A stretch of DNA of 64,000 nt. Source: a virus. Shown here one piece after another: positions 53,468-63,521 of the stretch (its first letter is position 1; every line of letters starts with the position of its first letter). The position numbers and the translations under genes were made by a program. The DNA lies in IMG/VR virus record IMGVR_UViG_3300044640_003674, positions 4,167-68,166 of that record; one strand, 5' to 3'. Under the pieces are notes generated by a model, which searched no databases, had not been told where the DNA came from, and saw nothing but the letters and a program-made list of their open reading frames with translations.

Positions 53468-54826
53468 ATGCCACTGATCACTGATCCCGATAAGCTCGTA
53501 GTCGGTACTGAGCTGACGATTGATACCGCGGCCAAGACCTTTGCTCTGAATGCTGGCGGCAACCTCGTGGCCAAGGATGGTGTCACGGGTCAGGCTCTCT
53601 ACTCAAAGTTCATCGAGCTCTGGGAAACCGCGGCCTACAACAAGTTCGACTTCCCCGGCTACGTGATCGGGGATCCTCGTGCTGGCATGTTCGTATGGGG
53701 CTATGACGGTGCTAACTACAACGGCTGGAAGCCAGCCAATGACGCTACCCGTCAGATGATTCGCAACGTTGGCTGGTCGGAGTTCTCCGCAGCTGGTGTG
53801 CTGAATCGCCAGTACGTTGGTATCGTGGTGGGTGCCTCCGGTGCACCTGCTGGTGCTCAGTTCTACTACCAGCGAGTGGCTGGTGGTCCTGCGGTCAACT
53901 TCACCTTCACGGATGCGCCCAATGAGGCGATCCAAGTGTTCGGTGATGCGACAAACGGCAACTTCGACACACGGAGTTTCTTCCGTGTCTTCTGCCGTCA
54001 GTACAACTTCAGCTATGACGACACCTCGCTGGCTGATGTGTTCGAGACTGAGACTGGTGCCTACAAGATCCCGGTGCCTATCACGGTGCTGGCAGAAACC
54101 AAGATCACTGCGAACGACGCAGCGATGGCTGCAGGTATCTACACCGGCATCACGGTGGGCTACTTTGCTGCAGGGCAGGCTCGATCGATCGGTGGGACGA
54201 ATCGCACCTTCAGTCGGATCATCCAAGGCAACAACGCTACGGCTGAGCAGATCTACACCAAGGCCCAGTTCCTGCTGCGTCAGGATGCCAACATCAACAC
54301 CGGTGGTACTGCTGGTGCTGTGAACGGCAAGACTGCTGCTCCTCTGATGTGGTTCGTCGGTGACACGCTCTATGTGAACGGCTTCATCGACAACTTCAAC
54401 GCTAACGACATCAACCGCATCGTGTTCGTTGACGATGGTGGTGTGAACCGGACCTTCCCTTTCACTGCAGCTGGTTCGCTGGTGTTCGATCCGTCCTTCG
54501 TTGGTGGTGTGTTCCGCTTGTTCTTTGCTTCGGGCGCTGCTGCTGGCAACAACTTCGGTGAAGCCAATGCACTGACGGTGAAGCGTGCTGATGGTGTGGC
54601 TGATCTGGCTGGTTCGATCACGAGTGCCTCGATGTCCTTCGACTACGCCTACGACAGCAACGTGCAGCGTGGTGCAGGTACTGCCGGTACGGATGTGGTG
54701 CTCAAGGGCTTCGCTCTGAAGAAGGGCTCTACCAAGCCTCGATTCGTGACCTACACGCTGACCCGCTCTGTGGGCCAGAACATCAGCTTTGCTGCTGAAG
54801 CGGATCGCGGCTACGTCAATCCTTGA
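53468..54826 (+). CDS. Putative virion structural protein
   Basis: 452 aa, high-expression codon bias, AAGGA RBS; DGVTGQALYSK; ends ADRGYVNP. Confidence 0.7.
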   Translation: MPLITDPDKLVVGTELTIDTAAKTFALNAGGNLVAKDGVTGQALYSKFIELWETAAYNKFDFPGYVIGDPRAGMFVWGYDGANYNGWKPANDATRQMIRNVGWSEFSAAGVLNRQYVGIVVGASGAPAGAQFYYQRVAGGPAVNFTFTDAPNEAIQVFGDATNGNFDTRSFFRVFCRQYNFSYDDTSLADVFETETGAYKIPVPITVLAETKITANDAAMAAGIYTGITVGYFAAGQARSIGGTNRTFSRIIQGNNATAEQIYTKAQFLLRQDANINTGGTAGAVNGKTAAPLMWFVGDTLYVNGFIDNFNANDINRIVFVDDGGVNRTFPFTAAGSLVFDPSFVGGVFRLFFASGAAAGNNFGEANALTVKRADGVADLAGSITSASMSFDYAYDSNVQRGAGTAGTDVVLKGFALKKGSTKPRFVTYTLTRSVGQNISFAAEADRGYVNP

Positions 54827-54835
54827 GGTCCATAG

Positions 54836-55501
54836 ATGCCCTACGCATTTGACGGTGCAGCGAAGACGATCACCTTCTCGGGGTCGTCAACGCTGTCTGT
54901 CCGCGAGATGTGGACAGCCCACATTGACTGGCTTGCTGCAGGTGACAACAGCAAGTGGGGTGACATGCTGTTCACGGTTGGTCGTGACACTGCAGACATC
55001 CCGCTGTACGTCTTCCTAGCCAACGGCGTCACCCTGGTCATTGCTGGGGTGACTTCGCCTGTCTCGGTGGTGGATGGGGTACTGAAGACCTATGACAACC
55101 GAGATCCATTCGGTGGCGCTGTTGTGAACGTTCGCTACCAGGCCCCTGGGATTGCGATCGGATACAGCGCCACCGGTGGAACCGGTGGTGCGGGTGCATC
55201 TGGTTCTGAGGTTGCTGCTGCTGTGCGGTCTGAGCTCAGTCCTGAGTTGGCCGCAGTACTGTTGCTGGCTACTCGACCAGCTGCACCTGGTACCAATGCT
55301 ATTGCTGAAGCTGTGTGGGCTCATGTGGCCCGCACACTGACTTCCACTGGTGGTACGGGTGGAGGAAGCAACACGACTGTCGAAGATCTGCTGGCAGCTT
55401 TGCGAGCCACCACGATTCCTGTGGATGTTCAGAAGATGAACGGCTTCGATGTGATCGGTAATGGCTCGACCACAGACAAGTGGAGGGGCACAGGTGTTTG
55501 A
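54836..55501 (+). CDS. Putative virion protein
   Basis: 221 aa; IAEAVW...RTLT module, C-terminal VIGNGSTTDKWRG. Confidence 0.65.
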   Translation: MPYAFDGAAKTITFSGSSTLSVREMWTAHIDWLAAGDNSKWGDMLFTVGRDTADIPLYVFLANGVTLVIAGVTSPVSVVDGVLKTYDNRDPFGGAVVNVRYQAPGIAIGYSATGGTGGAGASGSEVAAAVRSELSPELAAVLLLATRPAAPGTNAIAEAVWAHVARTLTSTGGTGGGSNTTVEDLLAALRATTIPVDVQKMNGFDVIGNGSTTDKWRGTGV

Positions 55502-57488
55502 AACCAAGAGCTTTGAGACGGGTACGTCTGGCACCGGTGGTTCCTGCAACACCGGTTCTGGCTACTGCGGTACTGGTGGTTGGACGGGTCCCAAGCCAGG
55601 AGATCCGAGCAACAACTCGCTGCTGACTGCTACGCCGGCGTTCGGTGGTATCGATGTGACGTGGACGATGCCCACGACATATCCACATGCCATTGCGTTC
55701 ACCAAGCTCTACCGCGGCATCGCTGAGAACTTCGATTCGGCCCTGGTGCTGAGTGAGGTTGGCGGCAACTTCCATTACGACAAGGTGGCAGTGGGTACGA
55801 CCTACTACTACTGGATTCGTCATGTGTCGGTGAACGGCACTGAGCTGGATCTGATTGGCCCTGCTTCTGCTACGGCCAAGCCGATGATCGAGGACATCCT
55901 CGAGATGCTCCGAAACCAGATCAATGAGAGTGATCTGGCTATTGCTCTGCGGGAGAAGATCCAGAGCATCACCACGCTGGACAACAGCCTGGCTCTGGAG
56001 ATCAATCGTCGACTGGAAGCAAACACTTTGCTTCAGCAGTTGCTGACGAATGTTCGTGGTGAGGTTGATCAGTACAAGGCTCTGCTGCTGCAGGAAGTAC
56101 GGGTTCGTGAAGAGGCTGACATGGCCTCCATCACTGCTGTGGATGCCATCGCTGTTGGTGTGAACAACAACGCTGCTGTGATCTCCTCGGAGCGTCAGGC
56201 TCGCATTGACGGTGACGCTGCTCTCGCAACGCAGAAGGACATCCTGTTCACCAAGTTCGCAGAGAACAAGGCAGCGATCCTCACTGAAGCGGCAGCACGA
56301 GCAGATGCAGACTCTGCTCAAGTGCAGCGGTATGACGCACTGCTGGCTCAGACTCAAGCCAATGCCGCAGCCATTGCAACTGAGCAGACTGTACGTAGTC
56401 AGGCTGATGGTGCGCTCGCTCAGCGAGTTGACTCTGTTCAAGCCACGTCCAATGCAGCCTACGGAGAAGCCATGGCTGTGGCTGCTGCTATTCAGACCGA
56501 GCAGACTGCACGGATCGATGGTGACAGCGCCAATGCCCTGGCAACCCAGCAGGTTGAGTCTCGGGTGAATGCTTCACTGGCTCAAGTCCGGACGGACATG
56601 GGTGCGGTGGTGAATGACATGGGCGTTGCCAAGTCGTTCTACTACGTGCGGCTGAATGCCAACGGCTTGGCCGGTGGCTTCGGTATCTGGAACAACGGTG
56701 CCCAGGTGGATGCTGGCTTCGATGTCGATCGCTTCTGGGTCGGTAGCGGTGCCACCAACAAGATCAAGCCGTTCATCGTCGACCAAGATACGGTCTACAT
56801 CAACCAGGCGGTGATCAAGGACGGCACGATCAGCAATGCCAAGATCGCTGACGAGATCCGATCGCTGGACTACAGCTCGGGCAATACCGGCTGGCGAATC
56901 ACCAAGAGTGGCAACGCAGAGTTCAACAACGCTGTGTTCCGGGGCACCTTGGCGGGTGCCAGCGGTACGTTCTCCGGATCTCTGAATGCTGCAACTGGTT
57001 CCTTCGCCGGAGCCTTGAGTGCTGCATCGGGCACCTTCACCGGTGATCTGGTTGGTGCTCGTGGTACGTTCTCTGGCTCGCTGACTGCCAGTGCGATCAA
57101 CGCAGTGAACACCTTGAACATCGCTGGAAATGCGGTGACTGTGGTGGCAGCGGGTTACTCACCTGGGTATTCGGGTACCGCGGTAACGGTGAGCGTCAGT
57201 GCGAATGACCTGGCAGGTGGTCCGATCCCTATTCTGGTCATGGCAACCATGACCATGGAATTCGGTACGGTCTTCGATATTGGTGTGAACCAGGCCTGGA
57301 ATGAGGCAGGTAATCTGCGTCGAGAAACTCTTGCTGCAGGTTGCTGGGCTATTTCGTTGGTGCACACGGTGAGTTCGGTTGGTTCCTATACCTTCGCCTG
57401 CTACAACGGTAATGCCTCCGGGGCGTCCTCGTTTACTGCAAACTCTGGTCTGCGCCCCTCAATTGCTGTGACTATTGCCAAGCGATGA
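55494..57488 (+). CDS. Host-specificity / central tail fibre J-like protein (DUF1983-like)
   Basis: Fn3-like YYYWIRHVSVNG, coiled coil with ARxxxD repeats, VDRFWV...PFIV...VYINQAVIKDGTISNAKI, GWRITKSGNAEFN; GGAGG RBS before GTG. Confidence 0.8.
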   Translation: MFETKSFETGTSGTGGSCNTGSGYCGTGGWTGPKPGDPSNNSLLTATPAFGGIDVTWTMPTTYPHAIAFTKLYRGIAENFDSALVLSEVGGNFHYDKVAVGTTYYYWIRHVSVNGTELDLIGPASATAKPMIEDILEMLRNQINESDLAIALREKIQSITTLDNSLALEINRRLEANTLLQQLLTNVRGEVDQYKALLLQEVRVREEADMASITAVDAIAVGVNNNAAVISSERQARIDGDAALATQKDILFTKFAENKAAILTEAAARADADSAQVQRYDALLAQTQANAAAIATEQTVRSQADGALAQRVDSVQATSNAAYGEAMAVAAAIQTEQTARIDGDSANALATQQVESRVNASLAQVRTDMGAVVNDMGVAKSFYYVRLNANGLAGGFGIWNNGAQVDAGFDVDRFWVGSGATNKIKPFIVDQDTVYINQAVIKDGTISNAKIADEIRSLDYSSGNTGWRITKSGNAEFNNAVFRGTLAGASGTFSGSLNAATGSFAGALSAASGTFTGDLVGARGTFSGSLTASAINAVNTLNIAGNAVTVVAAGYSPGYSGTAVTVSVSANDLAGGPIPILVMATMTMEFGTVFDIGVNQAWNEAGNLRRETLAAGCWAISLVHTVSSVGSYTFACYNGNASGASSFTANSGLRPSIAVTIAKR

Positions 57489-58099
57489 TTTCGAACTACG
57501 TCCTCTATAACCCCAGTACCGGTGAGATTCAGCAGTCTGGGTATTCCCCTGTGGGTATGGAGACTCAGCTCCAGGGCTTGAGTCTTCTTCGTCTGGCTTC
57601 AGAGAGTGAAGTCAGTATGCTGACTCACCATGTGGTGGATGGGGCTCTGGTGGCCTATTCACCGGCTCAGCAAGCCGAGAAGGCTCGACAACCCAGGGGT
57701 GCTTGGGCATGGTCGAACCAAGAGATGGCCTGGCAGGATCTGCGCTCTCTCGATGAGAAGCGGGCTGCTAAGTGGGCAGAGATCAAGGCTGCACGAGACG
57801 CTGCAGAGTTCGGCGGCTTCTCTGTGAATGGCTGGGTCTACGACAGTGACGCGATCAGTCAAAGTCGTATCCAGGGTGCTGTTCAATTGGCTGGCTTGGC
57901 CAAGGCAGCAAATGGTCCTTTCTTCATCAACTGGACCCTTGCCAACAACAGTGTGACCAGTCTTGATACTGATGGCATGTTGGCTGTGGGTACTGCTCTG
58001 GCCCAGCATGTGAGTTCTGTGCACAACAAAGCACGGAACCTTCGGATGAGGATAAATGGGGCCAGCACTCCGGCTGAACTGGATTCAGTGAGCTGGTAG
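57485..58099 (+). CDS. Tail assembly protein (DUF4376-like)
   Basis: KWAEIKAARD, YDSDAISQSRI, WTLANN, INGASTPAELDSVSW. Confidence 0.8.
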   Translation: MISNYVLYNPSTGEIQQSGYSPVGMETQLQGLSLLRLASESEVSMLTHHVVDGALVAYSPAQQAEKARQPRGAWAWSNQEMAWQDLRSLDEKRAAKWAEIKAARDAAEFGGFSVNGWVYDSDAISQSRIQGAVQLAGLAKAANGPFFINWTLANNSVTSLDTDGMLAVGTALAQHVSSVHNKARNLRMRINGASTPAELDSVSW

Positions 58100-58229
58100 G
58101 GATACTCGGCAAATATTGTGTGAGACAATAATTCTCAACGGATGGCTGAGTACTCCAGGAACTTCCGAAACCTGATACGTGAATCCTCCCATGAGGATTC
58201 ATACGGGAATCAATTTCGGAGCTCCTGTA

Positions 58230-58556
58230 ATGAACGAGAAAATCAAACTCGTAGCCAACGATACCCGGCCTCAGCTGCGGCTGACTCTCTCTGATGAAAC
58301 CACCAATCAGCCTATTGATCTGACTGGTTCGGCTGTTCGTCTGTACTTCCGCCAGGTTGGTACTGAAACCATCCTGGATACCCTCAGCGGTGTGGTGACC
58401 AATCCCCTCGGTGGGGAGGTCATCTTCATGTGGAAGTCTGGGACGCTGGCTGTTCCTGCCGGTGACTATGAGGGTGAGGTCGAGATCACTGATCCTCTGG
58501 GCGGTACCCAGACGATGTATGAGCTCCTGAAGTTCAAGGTCCGCGAGGACTTCTAA
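58230..58556 (+). CDS. BppU-N-like virion protein
   Basis: NDTRPQL, IDLTGSAVRL, GDYEGEVEIT...FKVREDF. Confidence 0.7.
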   Translation: MNEKIKLVANDTRPQLRLTLSDETTNQPIDLTGSAVRLYFRQVGTETILDTLSGVVTNPLGGEVIFMWKSGTLAVPAGDYEGEVEITDPLGGTQTMYELLKFKVREDF

Positions 58557-58564
58557 GGACTTCA

Positions 58565-59557
58565 GTGAAGATCAACCTGCGCACTGTGCGGCTCCAGGCC
58601 GCTACGACATACACCAAGTTGAAGGCAGCATCTGCTGCCCAACAGGTGTCTGCGCAGGTGTCTGCAACCTATCTGGCTGCACAGGTTGCCCTGGGTATGT
58701 TCTTGGAGATGCTCCAGGCAGACGATGATCTGGTGAGCACTTCTGATCAGCACGTCCTCTCGCTGCACAAGCAGCTGCTGGACATCAGCCTGGCCACCGA
58801 TGAGTTGATCAGGGAGATGGGCAAGAGTCTGAGTGATCAGGCTTCTGCTGGTGACGACACCCCTCGCCTCTCGTTGCTCCGCAACATCGGCGAGCTGGTG
58901 TCTACCTCGGATGTGCTGGCAAGGCAGATGAGCAAGGCTGGCTTGGCGGATACATCTCTTGCTCTCGATGAGGTCCGCAAGCTGATCTCCAAGGGCTTTG
59001 ATGACGGTGTACGTACTGCAGACGGCTTGGGTCCCAAGACCATCGGCAAAGGCCTTGTGGAGCAGCCACGGGCTCTGGATACCTTCACTCGCACCGTGTC
59101 TTACCAGCGCACGTATGCCGATGGCTTCGTGGCTGGTGACTCGATTGGCAAGACGCTTCAGCGCTCTGTGAGCGATTCGATCCGTGCTGCGGATTCGGTA
59201 GCCACGCAGTACATGCCTGGTCGTGTGATGACACCGGACTTCTCTCGACTCGGTGATCAGATCAATACCAAGGGTGTGGGCAAGGCACTGGCTGACACAG
59301 CTCGTGTCACATATGGCTTCACCGGCAGCTTGTCCAAGCCTGTCTCTGACACCGCTCGTGCCACCTACCTTAGATCGAACACGCTGACCAAGCCGCGGTC
59401 TTCTACGGCTAGGGCACTGGATCAGTGGCAACGGTCGGTCAACAAAGCTATTCCCGATCAAGCCAGGGCTACTGACTCTGGAACCGTGTTTCTCCACAAC
59501 TACTCAAGCCAGGACTACTTCGCTGAGGACTACGTGGGAAGCATCACCAACTTCTAA
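58565..59557 (+). CDS. Repetitive putative virion fibre protein
   Basis: ~13 imperfect 18-20-aa repeats [KR]x[LV]xDxxxxxD; ends YFAEDYVG. Confidence 0.7.
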   Translation: MKINLRTVRLQAATTYTKLKAASAAQQVSAQVSATYLAAQVALGMFLEMLQADDDLVSTSDQHVLSLHKQLLDISLATDELIREMGKSLSDQASAGDDTPRLSLLRNIGELVSTSDVLARQMSKAGLADTSLALDEVRKLISKGFDDGVRTADGLGPKTIGKGLVEQPRALDTFTRTVSYQRTYADGFVAGDSIGKTLQRSVSDSIRAADSVATQYMPGRVMTPDFSRLGDQINTKGVGKALADTARVTYGFTGSLSKPVSDTARATYLRSNTLTKPRSSTARALDQWQRSVNKAIPDQARATDSGTVFLHNYSSQDYFAEDYVGSITNF

Positions 59558-59574
59558 CCAAGACGAGGAAAACT

Positions 59575-60021
59575 ATGAACTACTCTGAAACACTCCAAGC
59601 CCGTGGCGATGTCTCTATCGTCCTGACTGGTCCTGACGGCAAGGTCAAGGATCAGCGTGAGATCAAGAACCTGGTGGTCACTGCCGGTCTGGCACACATT
59701 GCCAGCCGGATCGTTGGCACTGCCCAGGGTGTGATGTCTCACATGGCTCTGGGCTCCAACAACGTGGCTGCGGCTGCAGGCAATACGGCGCTTGGTAATG
59801 AACTGGGTCGTGTTGCACTGACTGGTGCAGTCCCTACCGGTGCATCGATCGCCTTCACTGCAACCTTCGGTGCAGGCAGCGGTACCGGCTCCGTGACTGA
59901 GGCTGGTTTGTTCAATGCGGCTGCTGCTGGAACGATGCTGGCCCGCACGACTTTCGGTGTGGTGACCAAGGAGTCGGGAGACACCCTGGCTATCACCTGG
60001 ACCGTGACGATCAGCGTCTAA
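59575..60021 (+). CDS. Putative virion structural protein
   Basis: KNLVVTAG, MALGS, TEAGLFNA...MLART, DTLAITWT (baseplate/tail-collar-like). Confidence 0.75.
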   Translation: MNYSETLQARGDVSIVLTGPDGKVKDQREIKNLVVTAGLAHIASRIVGTAQGVMSHMALGSNNVAAAAGNTALGNELGRVALTGAVPTGASIAFTATFGAGSGTGSVTEAGLFNAAAAGTMLARTTFGVVTKESGDTLAITWTVTISV

Positions 60022-60036
60022 GCCAGGAGCTGAGAG

Positions 60037-60432
60037 ATGGCAACCTCAGTCACTCTGCGAGCCACCAAAGGCTCTGCACTGACGAATGCGGAGATCGATG
60101 CGAACTTCGCCAATCTGCGTGATGCGGCTGATGCTGCAGCAGCTGGGCTGAAGGTTGTCTTCTCTGCTGACGCTACTTACCAGGCAAAGGCCGGTGAGTT
60201 CGTTGTCATGACTCTGGCTACTGCAGCCAAGGTCATGACTCCGATCAACCCAGCATCAGGCACCGAGTTCGGCTTCTGGTTTACCAATGGCCTGAACACC
60301 AATGAGATCGGTTGGGATGGAACCAATCAGATCGACGGTGCCAGTGATGACGTTGGTGTTGATGTGGGCCACAAGGTCCCTCATCGCATGCGCTACATCG
60401 ATTCCACCTACGACTGGCGGCACTTCGTATGA
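60037..60432 (+). CDS. Putative tail fibre adaptor
   Basis: LRATKGSALTNAEIDANFANL N-terminal module typical of fibre anchors. Confidence 0.65.
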   Translation: MATSVTLRATKGSALTNAEIDANFANLRDAADAAAAGLKVVFSADATYQAKAGEFVVMTLATAAKVMTPINPASGTEFGFWFTNGLNTNEIGWDGTNQIDGASDDVGVDVGHKVPHRMRYIDSTYDWRHFV

Positions 60433-61616
60433 CTACTTCTCTGTCTTCTCTCATCGGTGGCGGTGGTGGCCTGCCTATTGGTGCTTCTATCCTGGCTCAA
60501 GGTGGCCAGGACCTGATGACCTTCGGGGATGGAAGCGTCTGGCTTCGTGCTGGTGTTCTTGCCCTTGCCTCGCTCTATCCTGAAGCAGCCAAGCTCTCTC
60601 ATCTTGGGGCCCATGGATTCACACCCATCGCTGCAGGATCTCCTGTTGGTAGCGGTAATCGACGTATGGCCACGAATGGCTCTGGTCGATACATGCTTGC
60701 CGACCGAGACAACAGCCTTGTCCGGATGTCCAACGACTACGGCAAGACCTGGACTAACGTAGGGCATGGCCTTGGTGTCAATGCCAGCGACATCATCTGC
60801 GTTGGTACTACGTGGATTGTGGTCGGCAACAACGACGCTGCCGTCTACGCAGCTATCAGCACGAACGGTACTTCCTTCGGTGCGCGTATCACGGTTGCCA
60901 ATATCAGTGAGGGTGCGGAAACCACTGCTCAGATTGCTCACTCGGGCACGCTGTACTACATCGCTGTCGCTATGCCCTCCACCAACTCGGTGTGGTCATC
61001 TTCTACCGGCGCTAGCGGTACCTGGGCAGGCCTCTCGCTGGCCTCAGGAATCAGCGGGCAGGCCTTCGCGTTGAGTGCTGGTAATGGTCGTGCTCTGGTG
61101 ACTATTGGTAATCAATTCTCTGCTCAGCGAATTGTTGGTAGCGGTAACGCTGTCAGCGTGAGCATCTCCCCAGCACTTGCTGCTGGGTGGCGCCATGCGT
61201 ACTTCAAAGGGAAGTTCTACCTCTTCTCCAATTCCGGCCAGTACACCACCTCGACTGATCTCACGACTTTCTCAGGAACTATCGGCCTCCCTACACAGAC
61301 TAATGTGGCAGGAAATGTCTGGACCATTGCAGACGGTCGACTGATCTATGCAGGTAACGGGACCAGTGGCTTTGTTTCCACCACTGATGGTGAGTCGTGG
61401 AACTACCAGTCCTCCAATCTCGGGTCATGGTCGAACGTCGCTAGTACAGCGTTTGCTGGCGATGCCACCGGACTCGTTCTGTCTGGTTCAGCTGCTACTT
61501 CCGTCCATCGGGCAGAGAGCACCTTCGCAGCACCCAACTATGTGGGTCGAGCTGTCGAAGCCTACTCCTCTGGAAGCCAGATGGTGAGCCCTGTTCTCTA
61601 CTACCGGGTCAAGTAA
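60429..61616 (+). CDS. Putative tail fibre / receptor-binding protein
   Basis: 395 aa, S/G/T/A-rich; SNDYGKTW and TTDGESW BNR-like motifs (beta-propeller). Confidence 0.7.
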   Translation: MTTSLSSLIGGGGGLPIGASILAQGGQDLMTFGDGSVWLRAGVLALASLYPEAAKLSHLGAHGFTPIAAGSPVGSGNRRMATNGSGRYMLADRDNSLVRMSNDYGKTWTNVGHGLGVNASDIICVGTTWIVVGNNDAAVYAAISTNGTSFGARITVANISEGAETTAQIAHSGTLYYIAVAMPSTNSVWSSSTGASGTWAGLSLASGISGQAFALSAGNGRALVTIGNQFSAQRIVGSGNAVSVSISPALAAGWRHAYFKGKFYLFSNSGQYTTSTDLTTFSGTIGLPTQTNVAGNVWTIADGRLIYAGNGTSGFVSTTDGESWNYQSSNLGSWSNVASTAFAGDATGLVLSGSAATSVHRAESTFAAPNYVGRAVEAYSSGSQMVSPVLYYRVK

Positions 61617-61927
61617 TGACACTGCCGAACTACATCGTCATCCCAGCAGCAGTGCCTGCTAATCGAATCATCACTCCGTACGCTTTCCGGACTCGTGTCA
61701 CCGATGAACTGGTGGCACAGATGGAGCTGGATGCTATGCACAACCCAGCAGATCCGGAACCGGTGCAGAAGGCGAAAGCACTTGCTCGTGCACGTATGGC
61801 ACGGGTCTTTGCTGCCAGCGTTATCGATCTGGAGAACCCTGAGTTGGTGGCTGGCTTTGCTGGTGCACCGCAGGAAGTCAGGGACCGGATCTTCGTTGCT
61901 CCTGTGTTGGATACGGAGCGTCCATGA
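61616..61927 (+). CDS. Putative tail-fibre chaperone-like protein
   Basis: RIITPYAFRTRVT...IDLENPELVAG...ERP. Confidence 0.65.
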   Translation: MTLPNYIVIPAAVPANRIITPYAFRTRVTDELVAQMELDAMHNPADPEPVQKAKALARARMARVFAASVIDLENPELVAGFAGAPQEVRDRIFVAPVLDTERP

Positions 61928-62223
61928 ACTGGCACCTGGAACCAGTTCAGTTGGTGGCCAGGGGATTTGAGACAGGCAAGAGCTTTGATGAGGGTGACGA
62001 CTACTCGGCAGTCATCTCGATCAACTTGATGGGACCAGGCCTGGCCTGGGCCTTTGCAGCAAACAGCAGAGACGGTATGGATCTGAATCCAAGGGACTTC
62101 AAGGCCCTGGCTCAGCAGCTTCACCGGGAGTACGGCATCACCCAATTGATGGCCAGACGAGGAGGCAAGGTGGTGACTTACGACTTGACAAGGTACGCAG
62201 GCAACAAGGAGGTAAGCCAATGA
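61924..62223 (+). CDS. Hypothetical protein
   Basis: 99 aa, ATGA overlaps at both ends. Confidence 0.65.
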   Translation: MNWHLEPVQLVARGFETGKSFDEGDDYSAVISINLMGPGLAWAFAANSRDGMDLNPRDFKALAQQLHREYGITQLMARRGGKVVTYDLTRYAGNKEVSQ

Positions 62224-62735
62224 AGGTGGCGCACTACATCGGTGATCACGAGGACGACTCGTGGCTGGTTCGTAAGGGCTGGGATCTGGTTCGCTGGGGT
62301 CAGAAGGGTCCCTTCGATCATGTGACTCATACCGAGGCCATCTTGCAAGAGTACCCGGATGGCAGTGTCCTGATCGGTAGCTCAACACTCCGCAAGGAGT
62401 TCAAGGGTCGCTCCGGTGTCCGGATCAAGCATGTGAGGCTGAAGCCCAGTGACTGGATGATCACCGAGGTCAAGAGCTTCAATCGCCACACAGCTCTCGA
62501 CTGGTTTGCGGACAACGAAGGTAGTCGTTATGACGTTCGAGGTGTCCTGGCCACTCTGCTGCCTGGTTCTGAACAGTCTGAGCGCTATCACTGCACAGGT
62601 GCAGTGGCAGCTTCGGTGGGGTTCCTGACCCCAGATTACTGGACGCCTGCTCAGTGGGCTTCCATTTGCATGTCCTTGGGAAAGGACGTGACTGCGCAGC
62701 ATTTCAACAAGACGAGTCGGTGGGGTACGGTGTGA
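62220..62735 (+). CDS. Permuted papain-like (NlpC/P60) enzyme, putative
   Basis: His before Cys: VTHTE...GVR...GSRYD...YHCTGAVA...TP. Confidence 0.65.
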   Translation: MKVAHYIGDHEDDSWLVRKGWDLVRWGQKGPFDHVTHTEAILQEYPDGSVLIGSSTLRKEFKGRSGVRIKHVRLKPSDWMITEVKSFNRHTALDWFADNEGSRYDVRGVLATLLPGSEQSERYHCTGAVAASVGFLTPDYWTPAQWASICMSLGKDVTAQHFNKTSRWGTV

Positions 62736-62998
62736 CGGTTACAACTCAAGTTCAAGAAGCGGTGGCGGGTGCAGCAGTCCAGAAGGTTGCTGTGGTTGCG
62801 CAATATGGCGGCAGCGCAGGTGCTGTGCTCTTTGGCTTGACTGCCAATGAGTTCGCTGCAGTGGCTGGTGTGCTGATAGCTTTCCTGGGCCTGGTCACCA
62901 ATATCGCGGTGACGGTCTACTTCAAGCACCAGCACCTGAAGCTGGCCAAGCAGCGCCATCGTGATGGTCCGGACTCGCGCCTGGAACATGATGAATAA
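62732..62998 (+). CDS. Holin (class II-like)
   Basis: Hydrophobic segments, GLTANE, YFK plus charged tail; immediately before the endolysin. Confidence 0.75.
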   Translation: MTVTTQVQEAVAGAAVQKVAVVAQYGGSAGAVLFGLTANEFAAVAGVLIAFLGLVTNIAVTVYFKHQHLKLAKQRHRDGPDSRLEHDE

Positions 62999-63521
62999 GG
63001 CGCAGTGGATTCGTCTTCCGATCGCAGCACTGGCCTTGTCAGCCAGTGCATTCGTCGGGTTGAAGGTGTCTGAGGGCTACTCGGACACCGCCATCATTCC
63101 TGTGCCCGGTGACGTTCCAACCATCGGGTTTGGAACGACTGAGGGTGTGCAGATGGGCGACAGGACCACGCCTGTCAAGGCGGTGGTCCGGGCGCTGCAG
63201 GATGTGAGCAAGTTTGAAGGTGCACTCAAGCAGTGTGTCTCTGCTCCGCTGCACCAGCATGAGTACGACGCCTACATCTCCCTGGCCTACAACGTGGGCT
63301 CAGGTGCTTTCTGTGGGAGCTCTATTCCGAGGAAGCTAAGTGCGGGAGAGTACGAGGCAGCCTGCAAGACCATCCTGGACTTCAACAAGATGAAGGACTG
63401 CACCAAGCCAAAGGTGTGGAACCCCAGGACCCAACGCATGGAATGTCCCTTGGTCGAGATCCGCGGCCTGACACTGAGGCGTCAGAAGGAGTTCAACCAG
63501 TGCATGGGTACGCCAGGATGA
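62991..63521 (+). CDS. SAR endolysin (GH24 lysozyme)
   Basis: N-terminal hydrophobic IAALALSASAFVGL, then EG...DVPTIGFGTT, YDAYISLAYNVG, GLTLRRQKE. Confidence 0.92.
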   Translation: MNKAQWIRLPIAALALSASAFVGLKVSEGYSDTAIIPVPGDVPTIGFGTTEGVQMGDRTTPVKAVVRALQDVSKFEGALKQCVSAPLHQHEYDAYISLAYNVGSGAFCGSSIPRKLSAGEYEAACKTILDFNKMKDCTKPKVWNPRTQRMECPLVEIRGLTLRRQKEFNQCMGTPG

